This document shows positions 1 through 15,328 of a stretch of 64,000 nucleotides of DNA, one piece after another. The position numbers and the translations under genes were made by a program. The stretch lies in assembly GCF_009914755.1 (NCBI RefSeq), contig NC_060928.1; one strand, 5' to 3'. Numbering within the stretch: the stretch's first letter is position 1; each line of letters begins with the position of its first letter. The stretch is from the human T2T-CHM13v2.0 reference genome, Homo sapiens. The notes beneath the pieces were generated by a model. That model did not search any database, was not told the origin of the DNA, and saw only the letters and a program-made list of their open reading frames with translations.

Positions 1-930
1 ACACTCGGCTCTACCGCAGCCCGCCGCGCCTCGGCACCCTGGGCTTGTCCGGCTGGGTGTTGCCGAGCGAACGCCCCAGCTCCTGCCCGGAACCCACGTC
101 CGCCGGCTCCTACCGTGCCTCATGATCCTCGCTCGGGCTAGCACTTTCCACGCGCGCTGACTCTGGGCTCCGACACCTGGACCGCCTCCGCAAGGCGGCG
201 CGGCTGCTGTTTGTAAACACGCCCCACGTGCGCTCGCCCTGCCCCATTCGCAGCCCGCTCCCGGCACGCGAGGATCCTCCGCTTTCCCCCCAGCACTGGG
301 GGGGTGAGATTTTAAAATTTCCCCCTAGGGAGAAAAGAGCCTCGTCGGCAGAGCCGGGCCACTGGGAAAAGCGCCAGGACAAGGCGAGCGTGTGCCTCCC
401 CCTGCCGGCCAGGGAGGCACTGCGGCCCCGAAACGGCCAGGCGGTGAGTGGAACCCACGCAGCGCCTAGAGACGCACCCCTGCCGGGCCCCGCCCCTCCC
501 GCCCGCTCGCCGGAGTCCCCTCCCCCGGGCCGCGTGCGCTCACCCGCGCAGGCCCCGCCCCCTCGCCGGCACAACGTTCTGCGGGGGCGCGCGCGTGCTC
601 TCTAATCCCCCGCCTTCCGGCTCCGGCGGCGACGCTCGTCCCTCTCCGCTCGTCCCTCGCCGCTGCCGGGCCACCAGTGCCAGCCTGCCTCAGGAGACTC
701 CATTTGCGCTTAGTGTGGTCTGGGCGCCGCGCAGGCGGTCCCAGGGCGATGCCCGGGGCCGGCGGACTGGCGTTCCCTGTGCCAAGCGGCCGCCCGCTGG
801 CTGGCTGGCTGCAGCAGTGACATCCTGGTCGCCGGCGTCCAGGCGGAATCCGGGCTCCCTCCGCGGGAGGAAAGACGTCCCGCGCTCTGAAGCTCGCCCA
901 GCGGGGAGAGGCCCTCGCTAACACGGCTTC
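1..930. promoter_or_regulatory. CpG island; probable bidirectional promoter (TIGD2 on +, divergent transcript on -)
   Basis: Very GC- and CpG-rich, with an abrupt switch to AT-rich DNA at ~930. GC boxes GCCCCGCCC at ~487-495 and ~553-561, E-box CACGTG 225-230, forkhead GTAAACA 213-219. Head-to-head arrangement with FAM13A is recalled, not shown by the sequence. Confidence 0.85.
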
Positions 931-954
931 TCCCTGACCTCTTAATTTCAGGAG

Positions 955-1137
955 GTAGGCTCTTCAGGTCCCTCTCTCTGTCACCCCAGATTATGCCTGA
1001 AAGCATTATTTGTCGTATTTAGCTATCACATTGATAGGAGGCGTTAATTTTCTCAACATAGTTGCAGGATAAATGTGGATAATGCCACAGATCCTGATGT
1101 TGAATTGAAAGAAAATGTTTTTGGTATTTTCCTTTAG
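955..1137 (+). other. Candidate 5'UTR intron of TIGD2
   Basis: Donor GAG|GTAGGC at 954/955; pyrimidine tract and acceptor TTTTCCTTTAG|G at 1137/1138. Inferred from motifs only. Confidence 0.45.
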
Positions 1138-2036
1138 GTTTCGGAGCCTCCGAGTATCTATACAGCCCCCACAGGAACTGCTTCTGTTGGTCCATCGAGG
1201 ATCGTCTTTCACCAGGATTATTGTAACATCATCTTCACCGAGCCTGCCACCCCATAGCCTCTACCTTGGGTCCTCATTTCCACCGATGCAGTTTTTTTGA
1301 TGCTTTCTTTAGTAATGTGACATCACATGTCCACTATCCTCCTTTCCAGCTGCCAAATCTAGTAGGTTTAAGTCGCTTTTAAAGTAGAGTTTTCTGCCTG
1401 TTCCACTTTCACCTTATTTGCACTGTTCACTTCTGTCCGGGTCATCTTCTCTTGCGTATGATTTCCACAAGCACTCACTTGCGCAACCTATAGCAGAGTC
1501 CGTGCCTAGAGAGACAGCATTCCATACAATCCACTGCTTGACAAAGACCACATAGTCAGAGGGTGAGTTTTCCCATTGTATTTTCCTGTATGTCAAGTTT
1601 GCAAGTCCTCTCTTGACTTAAACTGTTTACTCCCTAGCACATTTCCTAAAATACTTCCACCTGAGATTTAGTGGCTATTCTGGCAAAGAACATTACCTGC
1701 AAGGATGGCAAGAATTGAGTATGCAATAGTACTGTTTTAGAAGCCTTACCAGTACAGTTTCTAGCCTCTAGTGTGATTGCACTTCATGAAAGACCCTGAA
1801 CCCTGAGGAGGAAGAAAGATAGAAGATAAGAGTTAATTGGCGCTAGGCTTTGTTGTAGGAAGTTTGTAAGTTTTAAAATAGCAAGTAGATTCACGTAGAC
1901 CTTGTCAGGAAATTGGTCACTATCCATCTAGGCCCTAGAAGTGAGAGGAGGAATCTTACGAACTCATTTTCTAGTTGCTTTGTATTCAAATCTTAGTTGT
2001 TAATTATCTTGTTCTAGTAATCACCTAAAATATTAG

Positions 2037-3623
<1,587 letters not shown>

Positions 3624-3844
3624 TAAGGCTCTTAAGTATTTCAGTGTATCTGCATCTTTGTGACTATCTGCAGTGAAACTTTGCTTGTTTGAAGTCCTGT
3701 GGATTCCAAAGCCAAATACATTTTATAAATGATTTTGGAATTAGATGTCAGTTTGGATTACTTAAATTACAACTCTTTAATGTTGACTCTAGTCATTGGG
3801 CATTGACGTGTAACTTGTCTTTCTACTGTTTCTAATATCTATTA

Positions 3845-3945
3845 ATTAGATCATAAGGTACCTGAGGCCAGGGATCTTGTGTCTGTTGTGCCTGAATTTG
3901 GCGTGTCTAATAAAGGCCCATGCACACTATAGGCACTCAATAAAA
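3845..3945 (+). mobile_element. LINE-2 3'-end fragment in the TIGD2 3'UTR
   Basis: TTAGATCATAAGGTACCTGAGGCCAGGGATCTTGTGTCTG...TAGGCACTCAATAAA resembles the L2 terminus (CTAGACTGTAAGCTCCATGAGGGCAGGGAC...TAGGCGCTCAATAAA). Confidence 0.65.
3909..3944 (+). terminator. Tandem AATAAA polyadenylation signals for TIGD2
   Basis: AATAAA at 3909-3914 and 3939-3944, followed by a U-rich downstream element (~3952-3969). Confidence 0.75.
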
Positions 3946-4599
3946 CTTACATTTTTATGATTTTTCTTTGAAGTTGAACTTCCAAATTGAAATATGTTGG
4001 GGGTAAGTTTCCATTTCCACAGCTTTTCCACTGCTGAAAAGAAGAGTTCAGCAAAAATTGCGCTTGAAGTATTTCACTGCGACTGCAGAGAACTGAAGGA
4101 AAATAGTCTAAAGCCTTAAATATTGCATTTCTGTACTAGCAGTATTTGGGCAATTAGCAATTCAGATCAACCATCTCTTGAGAATAGTAAAGGAAGAGAA
4201 GTATGATTTAAATGTCCCAGAAAAAGGATTTGCACTTCATTTTTTTTTTTCCATCTGATAAGAGGGAGTGTTCCTAAATAGTTGTGGAAAGAATCCCATT
4301 CCTGTTCCAGGAAAATAGATTTCAGTTCCCAAACCATTGCAGTTAGAAGAGGTAAGCGTTACATTTTATCATCTGTCTTTTGGGTTCTTTATAGATGCCA
4401 GTAGTATTTCTCTTTAATAAGCTATTTGACGTTTATGTAACATTTGAAAGCTTACAAAGTATGTATGTCATTTGCTTTCATACAGCATTTTTTGTGAAAA
4501 CCAATACTGAGAATATAAGCATACATCTAATTTGTGGAACCAGCAGATGAACAGTAGACTAACATAAAGTAGAACACGAAGAGAGGCAGTAGAGGAGTG

Positions 4600-4768
4600 C
4601 AGCTGCTGTGTGACCATCGGCAAATTACTTAACCCCCCCATCTGTTAAATACAAGTAATACCTGCCTCAGAGTTTTGTGAGGTGTAAACGAGTCGACATA
4701 TGGATTTTAAATAATAGGGGCTTATAATAGGGCCTGGCACAGAATAACATTGAATGTTAGCTGTTACT
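4600..4768 (+). mobile_element. MIR SINE
   Basis: GCTGTGTGACCATCGGCAAATTACTTAACC...CATCTGTTAAAT...GCCTGGCACAG, the MIR core and tail. Confidence 0.75.
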
Positions 4769-4820
4769 GCCATTGTGGATATTGAGTTTCAGTAGTATGC
4801 TAAACAGATCCAATGTGTTA

Positions 4821-5176
<356 letters not shown>

Positions 5177-6759
5177 AGATACAAGTAATTAGTTTCAGCA
5201 GAAATGCAATAATGATTTCTTTCATTGAAAACTGAAGGGTTACTCTAATTGAAAAATCACTTACCACCCCCTGGTAGGCTTTGTGATGTATGCAGGCATT
5301 TAAGATATCTTAGGTGGAGTTATAACAGGAAATGAGAATGGAATTGTAATTTCTTTGGTCCAGTTCTGTTAGCACTTTGCTAATAAAAAGATGTTGGCTT
5401 TATTCATAGAAGAAAATCTTAATATTGGCATAATAATAAAATACCTTTACAGTGGATAATATAGCAATAAGCAAGACACCTGGAATATTTTATCTAACTA
5501 AAGTAATACGGGATAAGTAGAAAAAGCAAAAGAAATGTCATGGGAGACAGTGGTTATAGTAATTAGGCCCAGCTATATATAGGGAGCTTGTCATTTGGTT
5601 TGAGGGGAATTTAGAGCCCACATCTGATTATTTTCTTTCGTGAGGATTATCATCAGTGTCTTCAGCTGAGCCTCTGGATTCTAGAATAGCTTTTTCAGAA
5701 GACCTCTCAGAATATACTTTCTTTGGATAATTCATACATCATTATTAAAACACTTTCCTCAGTTTACACTGTTTCACCTACCTGATAGCCTTGAGGAAAT
5801 ACAACCCTGCAAGATAAGTCCTGAGGCTATTTGGCTTCCTGGAGACCAAGGATTCTAAAACTTGATAAGGGTAATGACTTACATTTGAACACTGCTTTGC
5901 ATTTTCACATTGCTTTTTGCTAACACAAACTTAAACTTTGTTCAGTCATGACACTGAACTGGTTTAGTCTCATGTTGTATCATTAATCGTAATATAAATT
6001 ATGCATTCTCATTCCGCATTTCATTGCAATACAAAAATCTTAACCTCCTTGAGATATTGTAATAGTTCCTCTAGAAAGACACATCATGGTAATCTTGGTT
6101 AACACTTGCCCCTTATGTGTACCCTAGTTTGAAAAGCAGACATATGTACTCTCATTTGACTTTGTACACCTTAAAGGAAATACCTACAAATTCTGATTAT
6201 TGGTTAATAATTCTGACTATTGGTTAATTTTAAAAATGTATATGTTTTTTAGAGGAACCTGAGAGACTAACAGAACTCAGACTAAATGGACAAAGTATTT
6301 GGCAACTAAGCATGCTTTTTTCACAAAACTGCAGTGTGAATATTTACTATTTCATAATTCAGTCTCAGTAATACAGGGGTTGGTTGGAGAACTGGGCGCT
6401 AAATAAATATAGAGTTGGCAGGCCAGGATCAGAAGCCGTAGTCAATTTAAGCAGAATGATAGGGAGGACCCTGCACTCCAAAATTAGATTTATTCAGGAG
6501 GGCTGTGTTCACGTATCACCTTAATATTTTCACAAATTGACTTTTTTTTTTTTTTAATATACACACTATATATGTTAAGCAATGATATCTACAGAATTGC
6601 AGGTCTCATGTGCCAACTGGGGTCTTTGTCTAATTCAAGTTAAACATAAGAATTCTTATTTTTAAACTTGCCAAACTAAAACTTAAAATCAATTTTGTAT
6701 ACCTCATCTGCACACTTTAGAAACACTAGCCAAGCAGAAGGAGTAGGGTTGTTGAAGGT

Positions 6760-6860
6760 TAACAGATTGGAATGCAAACTCCAGCTTCTCCACTCTTTAT
6801 ATAGTTAACCTTAGCAGCATTCTGGACCTCTCTGAACCTCAGTTTACCCATATGTGAAAG
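6760..6860 (+). mobile_element. MIR fragment
   Basis: ACCTCTCTGAACCTCAGTTTACCCATATGTGAAA core. Confidence 0.6.
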
Positions 6861-7335
6861 AGTTGAAAGGTAAGCAGTCACATTCCAGGCATTCATAAAC
6901 ACCAGCTATTAAGCAATCCTACAGCTATACATTGAGAACCCCTGGTCTTCAGGCTTACCCTGGAGAATTCATCACAGCTCTTCTCTCACAGAGACTGTGC
7001 AGACCCCCAGGAAACCCAGGCACCTCTATTGAGGTCCAGGGCACTGACCCATCTCTGGGAATGCTGGCTGGGGTGTATGCATAGGTGGGCAGGCAGCATT
7101 GAGTTCCCCGGACCCTGAGGACTGTAGCTGTCAGTCACTACAGGGGTCCATCTGTAAAAAAGTTGAGTTACAGATAAACTTGTAACTTCTAGTTTCTTCT
7201 AAGACCAACAAAAATGATACCTGATTCCTGCATTTCAGAATATCTTGATCTTCTGGAACTTACTTACAAAGAAAGTCACCTTTGAGTGTAAAAAAAGATA
7301 AACTCAAGGCAGTTTTACTCATCTGTTGAAGACTT

Positions 7336-7716
<381 letters not shown>

Positions 7717-7853
7717 CCATAATACTATTCATTCCTTGAACACATACATACTTTTTACTAATTTAGGAGAAAAAATAGGGTAATCCTTACCAAATTACTC
7801 AAAATCTTATCTTTAAAGACATGCTGCTTTATTCCTTTTAAATATATAAAGTA

Positions 7854-8312
<459 letters not shown>

Positions 8313-8394
8313 TTAATTCTGGTAAGTTTTTAGATTGTTCAAGAACAGTTGTTTTTCCTGTTTATTTATATTATCCACAATGGGTTTTTGTTTA

Positions 8395-8605
8395 TCTGTA
8401 TTTTATTCAGAGTTCCTTGGTTTGAACCTGGTGTCCTGTTCCAGGCATCCATCCAGGATACTACATTATGTTTAGTCATTGTGTGTTCTTAGGCTCCTCT
8501 TGGCTGTACTAGTTTCTTAGAATTTCCTCGTTTTTGATTGTCTGGACATGATGATCTTGACAGTTTTGAGGAAAAGTGGTCAGGTATTTTGTAGAATGTC
8601 CCTCA
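8395..8605 (-). mobile_element. Old L1 (L1MC-like) 3'UTR fragment
   Basis: CCAGGATACTACATTATGTTTAGTC...TTGACAGTTTTGAGG...GGTCAGGTATTTTGTAGAATGTCCCTCA. Confidence 0.65.
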
Positions 8606-8919
8606 TATGATAAAAAGTTTTTTAGTTCTTGGTGCATTTCTTGCCCCCACTAACACAAAATAGACTGTGAAAGTGCCATTATTAAAGATACATTAAAGTG
8701 TGAGAGAAAGATAAATTCTTATAAGAATCTGGGAAGGCTTTTCATCACAAGTAATGTTGTCCATGAAGTAATTAGTTGTGTTTGTGATAGGATAGGGGGT
8801 GTCACGTGAAAATCAAGAGTGCAGGTCATGTTCTAGTAACAGACTAATAGAATTGCAATGTGATGCGAGTAAGGTGCAATTAGAAGTAACAGTGTTAAAG
8901 TTTGGCAGGGGCCTGAGAG

Positions 8920-9350
8920 CTTTTTTCCCTCCTGACACCAAATAAATGGTATCTTTTCCAACAACACTTCTCTAACTCTCTGACATCAACTATGTGTCCT
9001 ACAATTCTGACACTAACTACCCAGAATTAGGATCAGATTCCACAGATTCAAGGGCTCAGTCCTACAAGATTGCCCTCATTTCTGATGCCAGTTGCAAGTA
9101 TTAGGCCCCCAGATTAGTCAGGCATTCTCCCAATACTTCCTCAGACTTGATAATTTACTAGAATGACTCATAGAACCCAGGAAAATGCTACACTTACTAG
9201 TAGTTTATTCTAAAGGATACAAATGAACAAGCGATACATAGGGGGAGGTCTAGAAGGGTCCTGAGTGCAGGCTTTATCCCTTTGGAGTTGGGATGTACCA
9301 TCCTTCTAGTACGTGGATGTGTTCACCGACTTAGAAGCTCCCTAAACCCC
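8920..9350 (-). mobile_element. MER21-family LTR fragment
   Basis: ATTCTGACACTAACTACCCAG...AAGGGCTCAGTCCTACAAGATTGCCC...GATAATTTACTAGAATGACTCATAGAAC. Confidence 0.7.
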
Positions 9351-9652
9351 AGAGGCATTATCGATGGCCAAGCTTTTCTTTTGTCCCATATCGATGCCAG
9401 GGGTGGTGTGGCTGGCTGCCCTGGGTCCATCACGTTCCTCAGTGGGACCCCTATGGCCAAGGGATTTAGAGTCAGAAGACTTACAGCCAATTCAATGTTT
9501 TAGGCCAAATGGGAATGGAGGTGGGCAGGCGCTCAGAAAACTCCTTTAATTAAGCAACATAAGAGACCAAAACCAAAAGCCAAAAAACCAGGTTACAAAA
9601 TTGACTTGTTTATATCGATAGTGCCTCTGGCATATGTTGACCATAAAAGGAA

Positions 9653-10675
<1,023 letters not shown>

Positions 10676-10711
10676 TCATATTCCCACAGGACCTCCAAGC
10701 ACGATTGATAG

Positions 10712-10960
10712 GGGAGAATGTGCACTATAATTAAGACTGAGTGGTATGTGTACATCCTAGATAATTCTGGAAACAAATCCTCAGCCCTATGAGACATGCA
10801 TAAGCAAATTAATGCTATGTCTTATCCCACAATGTCCTAAGTCAGTGGCTCTCCTCATGGTTTGGATCAGGCCCCTCTTGGTGAAAAAAAGTTGCTCATA
10901 ATTTTAGCCATGATTATAGGGCTAGGTTTATTCTGCTGCTGTAGACTCTATTGCAGTTAC
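10712..10960 (+). pseudogene. Degenerate ERV env transmembrane-subunit fragment
   Basis: Translates as GRMCTIIKTEWYVYILDNSGNKSSAL*DMHKQINAMSYP / LSQWLSSWFGSGPSW* / LLIILAMIIGLGLFCCC. This is a decayed CX6CC motif, a Trp-rich membrane-proximal segment and a TM helix, lying upstream of a purine tract and an LTR. Confidence 0.75.
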
Positions 10961-11145
10961 ACACTCACCATGATGCTCTAGCAGATCTCTTCCTTAAGCC
11001 CATGGACTCACAAATATTTTCCACTCCAAGTGGTGAGGTTCCATTCCACTGCACCTTAACTGCACCCCGTTTCAGCAGGAAGTACCTAGATGGAGCACAT
11101 CACCCCCTTTCCATAGAAATGAAATGGAACTTGACAGTGGGGAGT

Positions 11146-12010
11146 TGTAACCAAGAGTGTCAGCTTTAAAATGTATTTTAAAGCCTTCCCACTAGCCTTA
11201 AAGTGTATTTAAAAGGTTTTTTTCCTTTTTTTTTCTCTCCTTCCCCCTGGACACTGCCTTATACCATGACCTTATGACCAACTTATACATGCTTATCTAA
11301 CTGTATGCTTGCTTAGAAATTCCAGGGGCTGGCCGGGCGCGGTGACTCACGCCTATAATCCTAGCACTTTGGGAGGCCGAGGTGGGCAGATCACTGGAGA
11401 TCAAGACCATCCTGGCTAACACCGTGAAACCCTGTCTCTACTAAAAATACAAAAAAAAAAAAAAATTAGCTGGGCGTGGTGGCGGGTGCCTGTAGTCCCA
11501 GCTGCTCTGGAGGCTGAGGCAGGAGAATGGCATGAACCCGGGAGGTAGATCTTGCAGTGAGCCGAGCTGAGATCGCACCACTGCACTCCAGCCTGGGGGA
11601 CAGGGCCAAAAAAAAAAAAAAAAAAAAGAAAAGAAATTCCAGGGGCTAATCTTGAAACAGCCCAGGCCTGGAGACCCAGCTGCAGATTACCTCAAGGTGG
11701 TTAATCTACAACCTGGTCACAGTCGACATGGGACCAGCTAGTACTCCAGGTGGACAGTAACTCAAGATAGCCATCGGAACAAGACATGCAGACCTGTACT
11801 CTATACGATTCCTGCGTGTTTCCCACACCAGGTTTCCCTTTTATAAACCCCTTCAGTCAGCCTTAAAATTTGAGTTATCATTTTGAGACTCGAGTCCGGA
11901 CATGTCCTCAACTGCTAGCATTTTATTAAAACTGCTTTCCTTTCACCACACTTGGCATCTCATGTATCTGGCTTTTCAAACTGTGAATAGCCAGACCTAA
12001 GTTCTGTTAT
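11146..12010 (+). mobile_element. ERV1-class 3' LTR (LTR39-like; family uncertain), interrupted by AluY
   Basis: Preceded by PPT-like GACAGTGGGGAGT; starts TGTAACC; TATAAA at ~11843; ATTAAA at ~11925; ends TTCTGTTATA. Confidence 0.65.
11331..11631 (+). mobile_element. AluY
   Basis: Alu body with a perfect 16-bp TSD AGAAATTCCAGGGGCT (11315-11330 / 11632-11647). Confidence 0.95.
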
Positions 12011-12014
12011 AGGA

Positions 12015-12171
12015 CAATACTTTCACAAGGAAAATGTGTTCCCTACTTTTAGGCAAACGAGAGGAGAGCAGAGGACACTTCCTGCATCTGTTGATTCTCA
12101 GTTGCCTTCAGCTCAAATAATCCTTATGCCGAAGTGGCATGTTTTTGGGTGGCATGACCTGAACCCCTTCA
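12015..12171 (-). mobile_element. MER34/MER39-family LTR 5' fragment
   Basis: Reverse complement begins TGAAGGGGTTCAGGTCATGCCACCCAAAAACATGCCACTTCGGCATAAGGATTATTTGAGCTGAAGGCA. Confidence 0.7.
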
Positions 12172-13121
12172 GTCCTTAGTAGTTTCTTAGCTTCTCAGAA
12201 TCACAAATCTTTTTTTTTTTTCCTTTCCTTTCCGAAATAGCCTGGCTCTTGCAAGTGAAAACCTTGCTTTCCAGATTATTGTTTCTACTGCACTCTTTTT
12301 TTTTTTTTTTTTTTTTTTTTTGCCTTTGGTCTACTTTGAAAGTCAAAGCTAAGCAAAGACTTCTTTGTTCTCACCATTATTTGTGTTTTCCCTGAAGCAG
12401 TCAAGCTATAGGACAAGAATTACTGGGAATGAGAAGTGTGTTGGCTATTATTTTTAAGATTCTGTATTTTCACCTCAGAAAAAAAAATTATCCCACATTC
12501 TATAAATTTGGATCTCCCAGAGATAGAAAGACCACCCAGAGCGTAGAGCCTTCCGTCATCTCAGGGAGAATCCCTCTCCATTATGCATTTTCACTCCCGC
12601 TTTCAGCAAGACAAATTCCTCTTTGTTTCACGCACTTCAATTTAGCAAGCAAGCAACTTTTAGCGCTTGTGCAAGTAACCTTTGTATCTCACCCTCTACC
12701 CCGGGCAGCTTAGAAAACACTTTTTTCCTTAACAGACAGTCATCTTAAAAGAATTCTAGAGTCAGCTATTAGAAAAACAAACAAACTTGTTCTCCACTTC
12801 CTTATACTCTACCTGTCTGCTCTCCTGTTTCAGTGAATAGAGGAGGCCTCAGAGCTTCATGGTGCTGGATACACCAGTACAGAGTTGTTGAAAGGAAGGA
12901 GTCTTCTTTACCTTTCTTAAGGTCTAAGTAACATTGTGAGTGAAAATATCATCAGGCAAAGAATTATCTGTGCATTATGTTAACTTAGTAAAATGTCCTT
13001 GCAGGCACAGAAAAACACAAAAGGTCTGGACAGCTTTTTAAAATAAGTAGATTTGTAAATCATTTAAAAGAGGTTGGAAAGTGAAGTCTGATGGGGCAAT
13101 GGAACACACACTGGGGCTTGA

Positions 13122-13474
<353 letters not shown>

Positions 13475-13689
13475 ACCCAGCTTCTTTCTCCCCACTCCTG
13501 CCTGGTGACCACTGCCAGCTTCCTCCCCTGGCAGGGGCCTGGGCACAAATTCACAGAGGTTGAGGTTGGGCATGTTGCCCAAGGGCATATTGGTTAAGGC
13601 ATGGCAGGAGGTATTTTGCCCCAGGCTGATAGTGCTGTGGTGCATTAGGTGGGGATTGGCTGGGGTGAGCTGCTCACTCACCCCAATCC

Positions 13690-14081
13690 AGGTACTGAGC
13701 AGCTCTGACAGGTTGTAATCTCTGGGTAGTTACCCATTGCTCTGGGTTGTTACCCATTGCTCTGGGTTGGGAAGGCAGACACATGGGAAGAGGAGATTGG
13801 CTTTCCCACCCCCAGCCAGGACAGGGTGCATTATTGTGGCAGTGGACTGCAGGGTGGGCACAGGCACCTGTGAGGGTCTGCACTTGTCCAGCAAATGTAC
13901 CTGTGCCCAAAGGTGTGTGACATTCAATAGCAAATTTAAAAAACCAGCATGATAGGTCCAAAGAGAGACTGCAGAAGAAAGGGAAATGCTTATATATTAC
14001 TACCTTTAACAACACCTTTATTTTAAGGGGCCCCATATTTTCATTTTGCACTGGGCCCTGCAAATTAGGTAGCCAACTCTG
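13690..14081 (-). mobile_element. MER45-family hAT-Tip100 element (left boundary uncertain)
   Basis: GGGGCCCCATATTTTCATTTTGCACTGGGCCCTGCAAATTAGGTAGCCAACTCTG is the reverse complement of the MER45 5' end. Internal 20-bp tandem duplication at 13721-13769. Confidence 0.6.
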
Positions 14082-14854
14082 CTTTCCACTATTTCACATC
14101 CCACATTCAGGGAATACAAGTCTCAATATAGAGGACTGTAGAGAGTAAAGGAGAATCAATATGGGTATACAGCCTTCTTACAGCACTGGGAGCAATATAT
14201 TTGCAGGGTACCATCATTTTCATAAATTGCATTGCAGAGTACTTCAGATTTTTAAAAATAAATTCCCATCCAGCAATTACAGACATAAGAGATCCCACTT
14301 TAGTCCAGCATAGCCATACTACACACTGGCTTAGGACATTCATGGCCATCTCTAAATGAGGTCTAGGTAAGAAAGAAAATCTTGGAACACCCAAGTGGAT
14401 AGTGAGAGGGATAACATTCTATGTACCCTTCAACCAACAAATAAATAATGTACCCTAATAGCTCTGTGTTGGGAGGGAGAAAGGATACAGCCTACGAAAA
14501 TTATTATGAAAGTTCAGAGTTAAGAGCATGCAGTGGCTTTTCTTTGCAAAACAGAAACAACCTATAGAAAATATGCACTTTTCTTCATTAAGATGCAAAA
14601 ATACATGGGCTCTATGAAGCAATGCTGAAGATACACATTCAGCAGACTGAGATGGTGAGTTAACCAAAATGAGCAACTTTCCAGGAAAGCAAAAATAGAG
14701 TATCAGAATTAAAGTCTTCATTGGAGATGGTAAGGAGCAAGATTAACATTGTAAAATGTTCAATTAGTAATTTTCATGATAAACTGGAAACAATTTCCCA
14801 GAATGCAGAAGATAAAGTTGAGAAAAGCAGGTTGGTTGGTTTCCTGTTTGAATA

Positions 14855-15328
14855 TGAACTGGAGGAAGAGAGCAAAAGCCCCTTACTCAAGCTCTAGCTT
14901 ACCTAACTCTCAGCCAATCAGTAACAAAAGATCCAAGAAGTTATCAAATGCAAGTTCTTAATGGAGGGGGCTAGGGACTTCCTCAGGGATCTGGAGACAC
15001 TTCAACCCCTTCCTCCTTTTAATGCTAAAAATCTTGCCTGGGGTAGAGATTTATAATACTGAGGATGCATACAATGTATGAAGAAGTATGTTGAGCCACT
15101 GCACAAATGCTAGAAAGACTTATATACATGCCCTGATGTAATCCTTCCCTGTAGAAAGGCCCTATAAAACATACCCACACACTATCCTCAGGGATTAACC
15201 CATTCCCCTTTCCTTTCAGTGCTGACTCCCTTGTGCGCAAGCTGAATAAAACTCTTTTGTTGCTATGTTTGGTGATCTCTCTTGATTTCTATCATGGGAG
15301 AGCTCAAGAACCCAGGGCACCAGTAACA
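14855..15328 (+). mobile_element. Solo LTR (family uncertain)
   Basis: CCAAT box ~14913, TATAAAA 15163-15169, AATAAA 15245-15250, ends CAAGAACCCAGGGCACCAGTAACA. Left end approximate. Confidence 0.7.

Noticed and set aside
110-1006. Overlapping 98-157 aa ORFs on both strands
   Set aside because: Pro/Arg/Gly-rich products expected from stop-poor CpG-island DNA; mostly non-ATG starts; no recognisable domain.
13721-13769. Short direct repeats here and at 28818-28888 and 49390-49440 considered as CRISPR-like arrays
   Set aside because: Only 2-2.5 adjacent copies, no unique spacers, and a eukaryotic context; simple slippage duplications.
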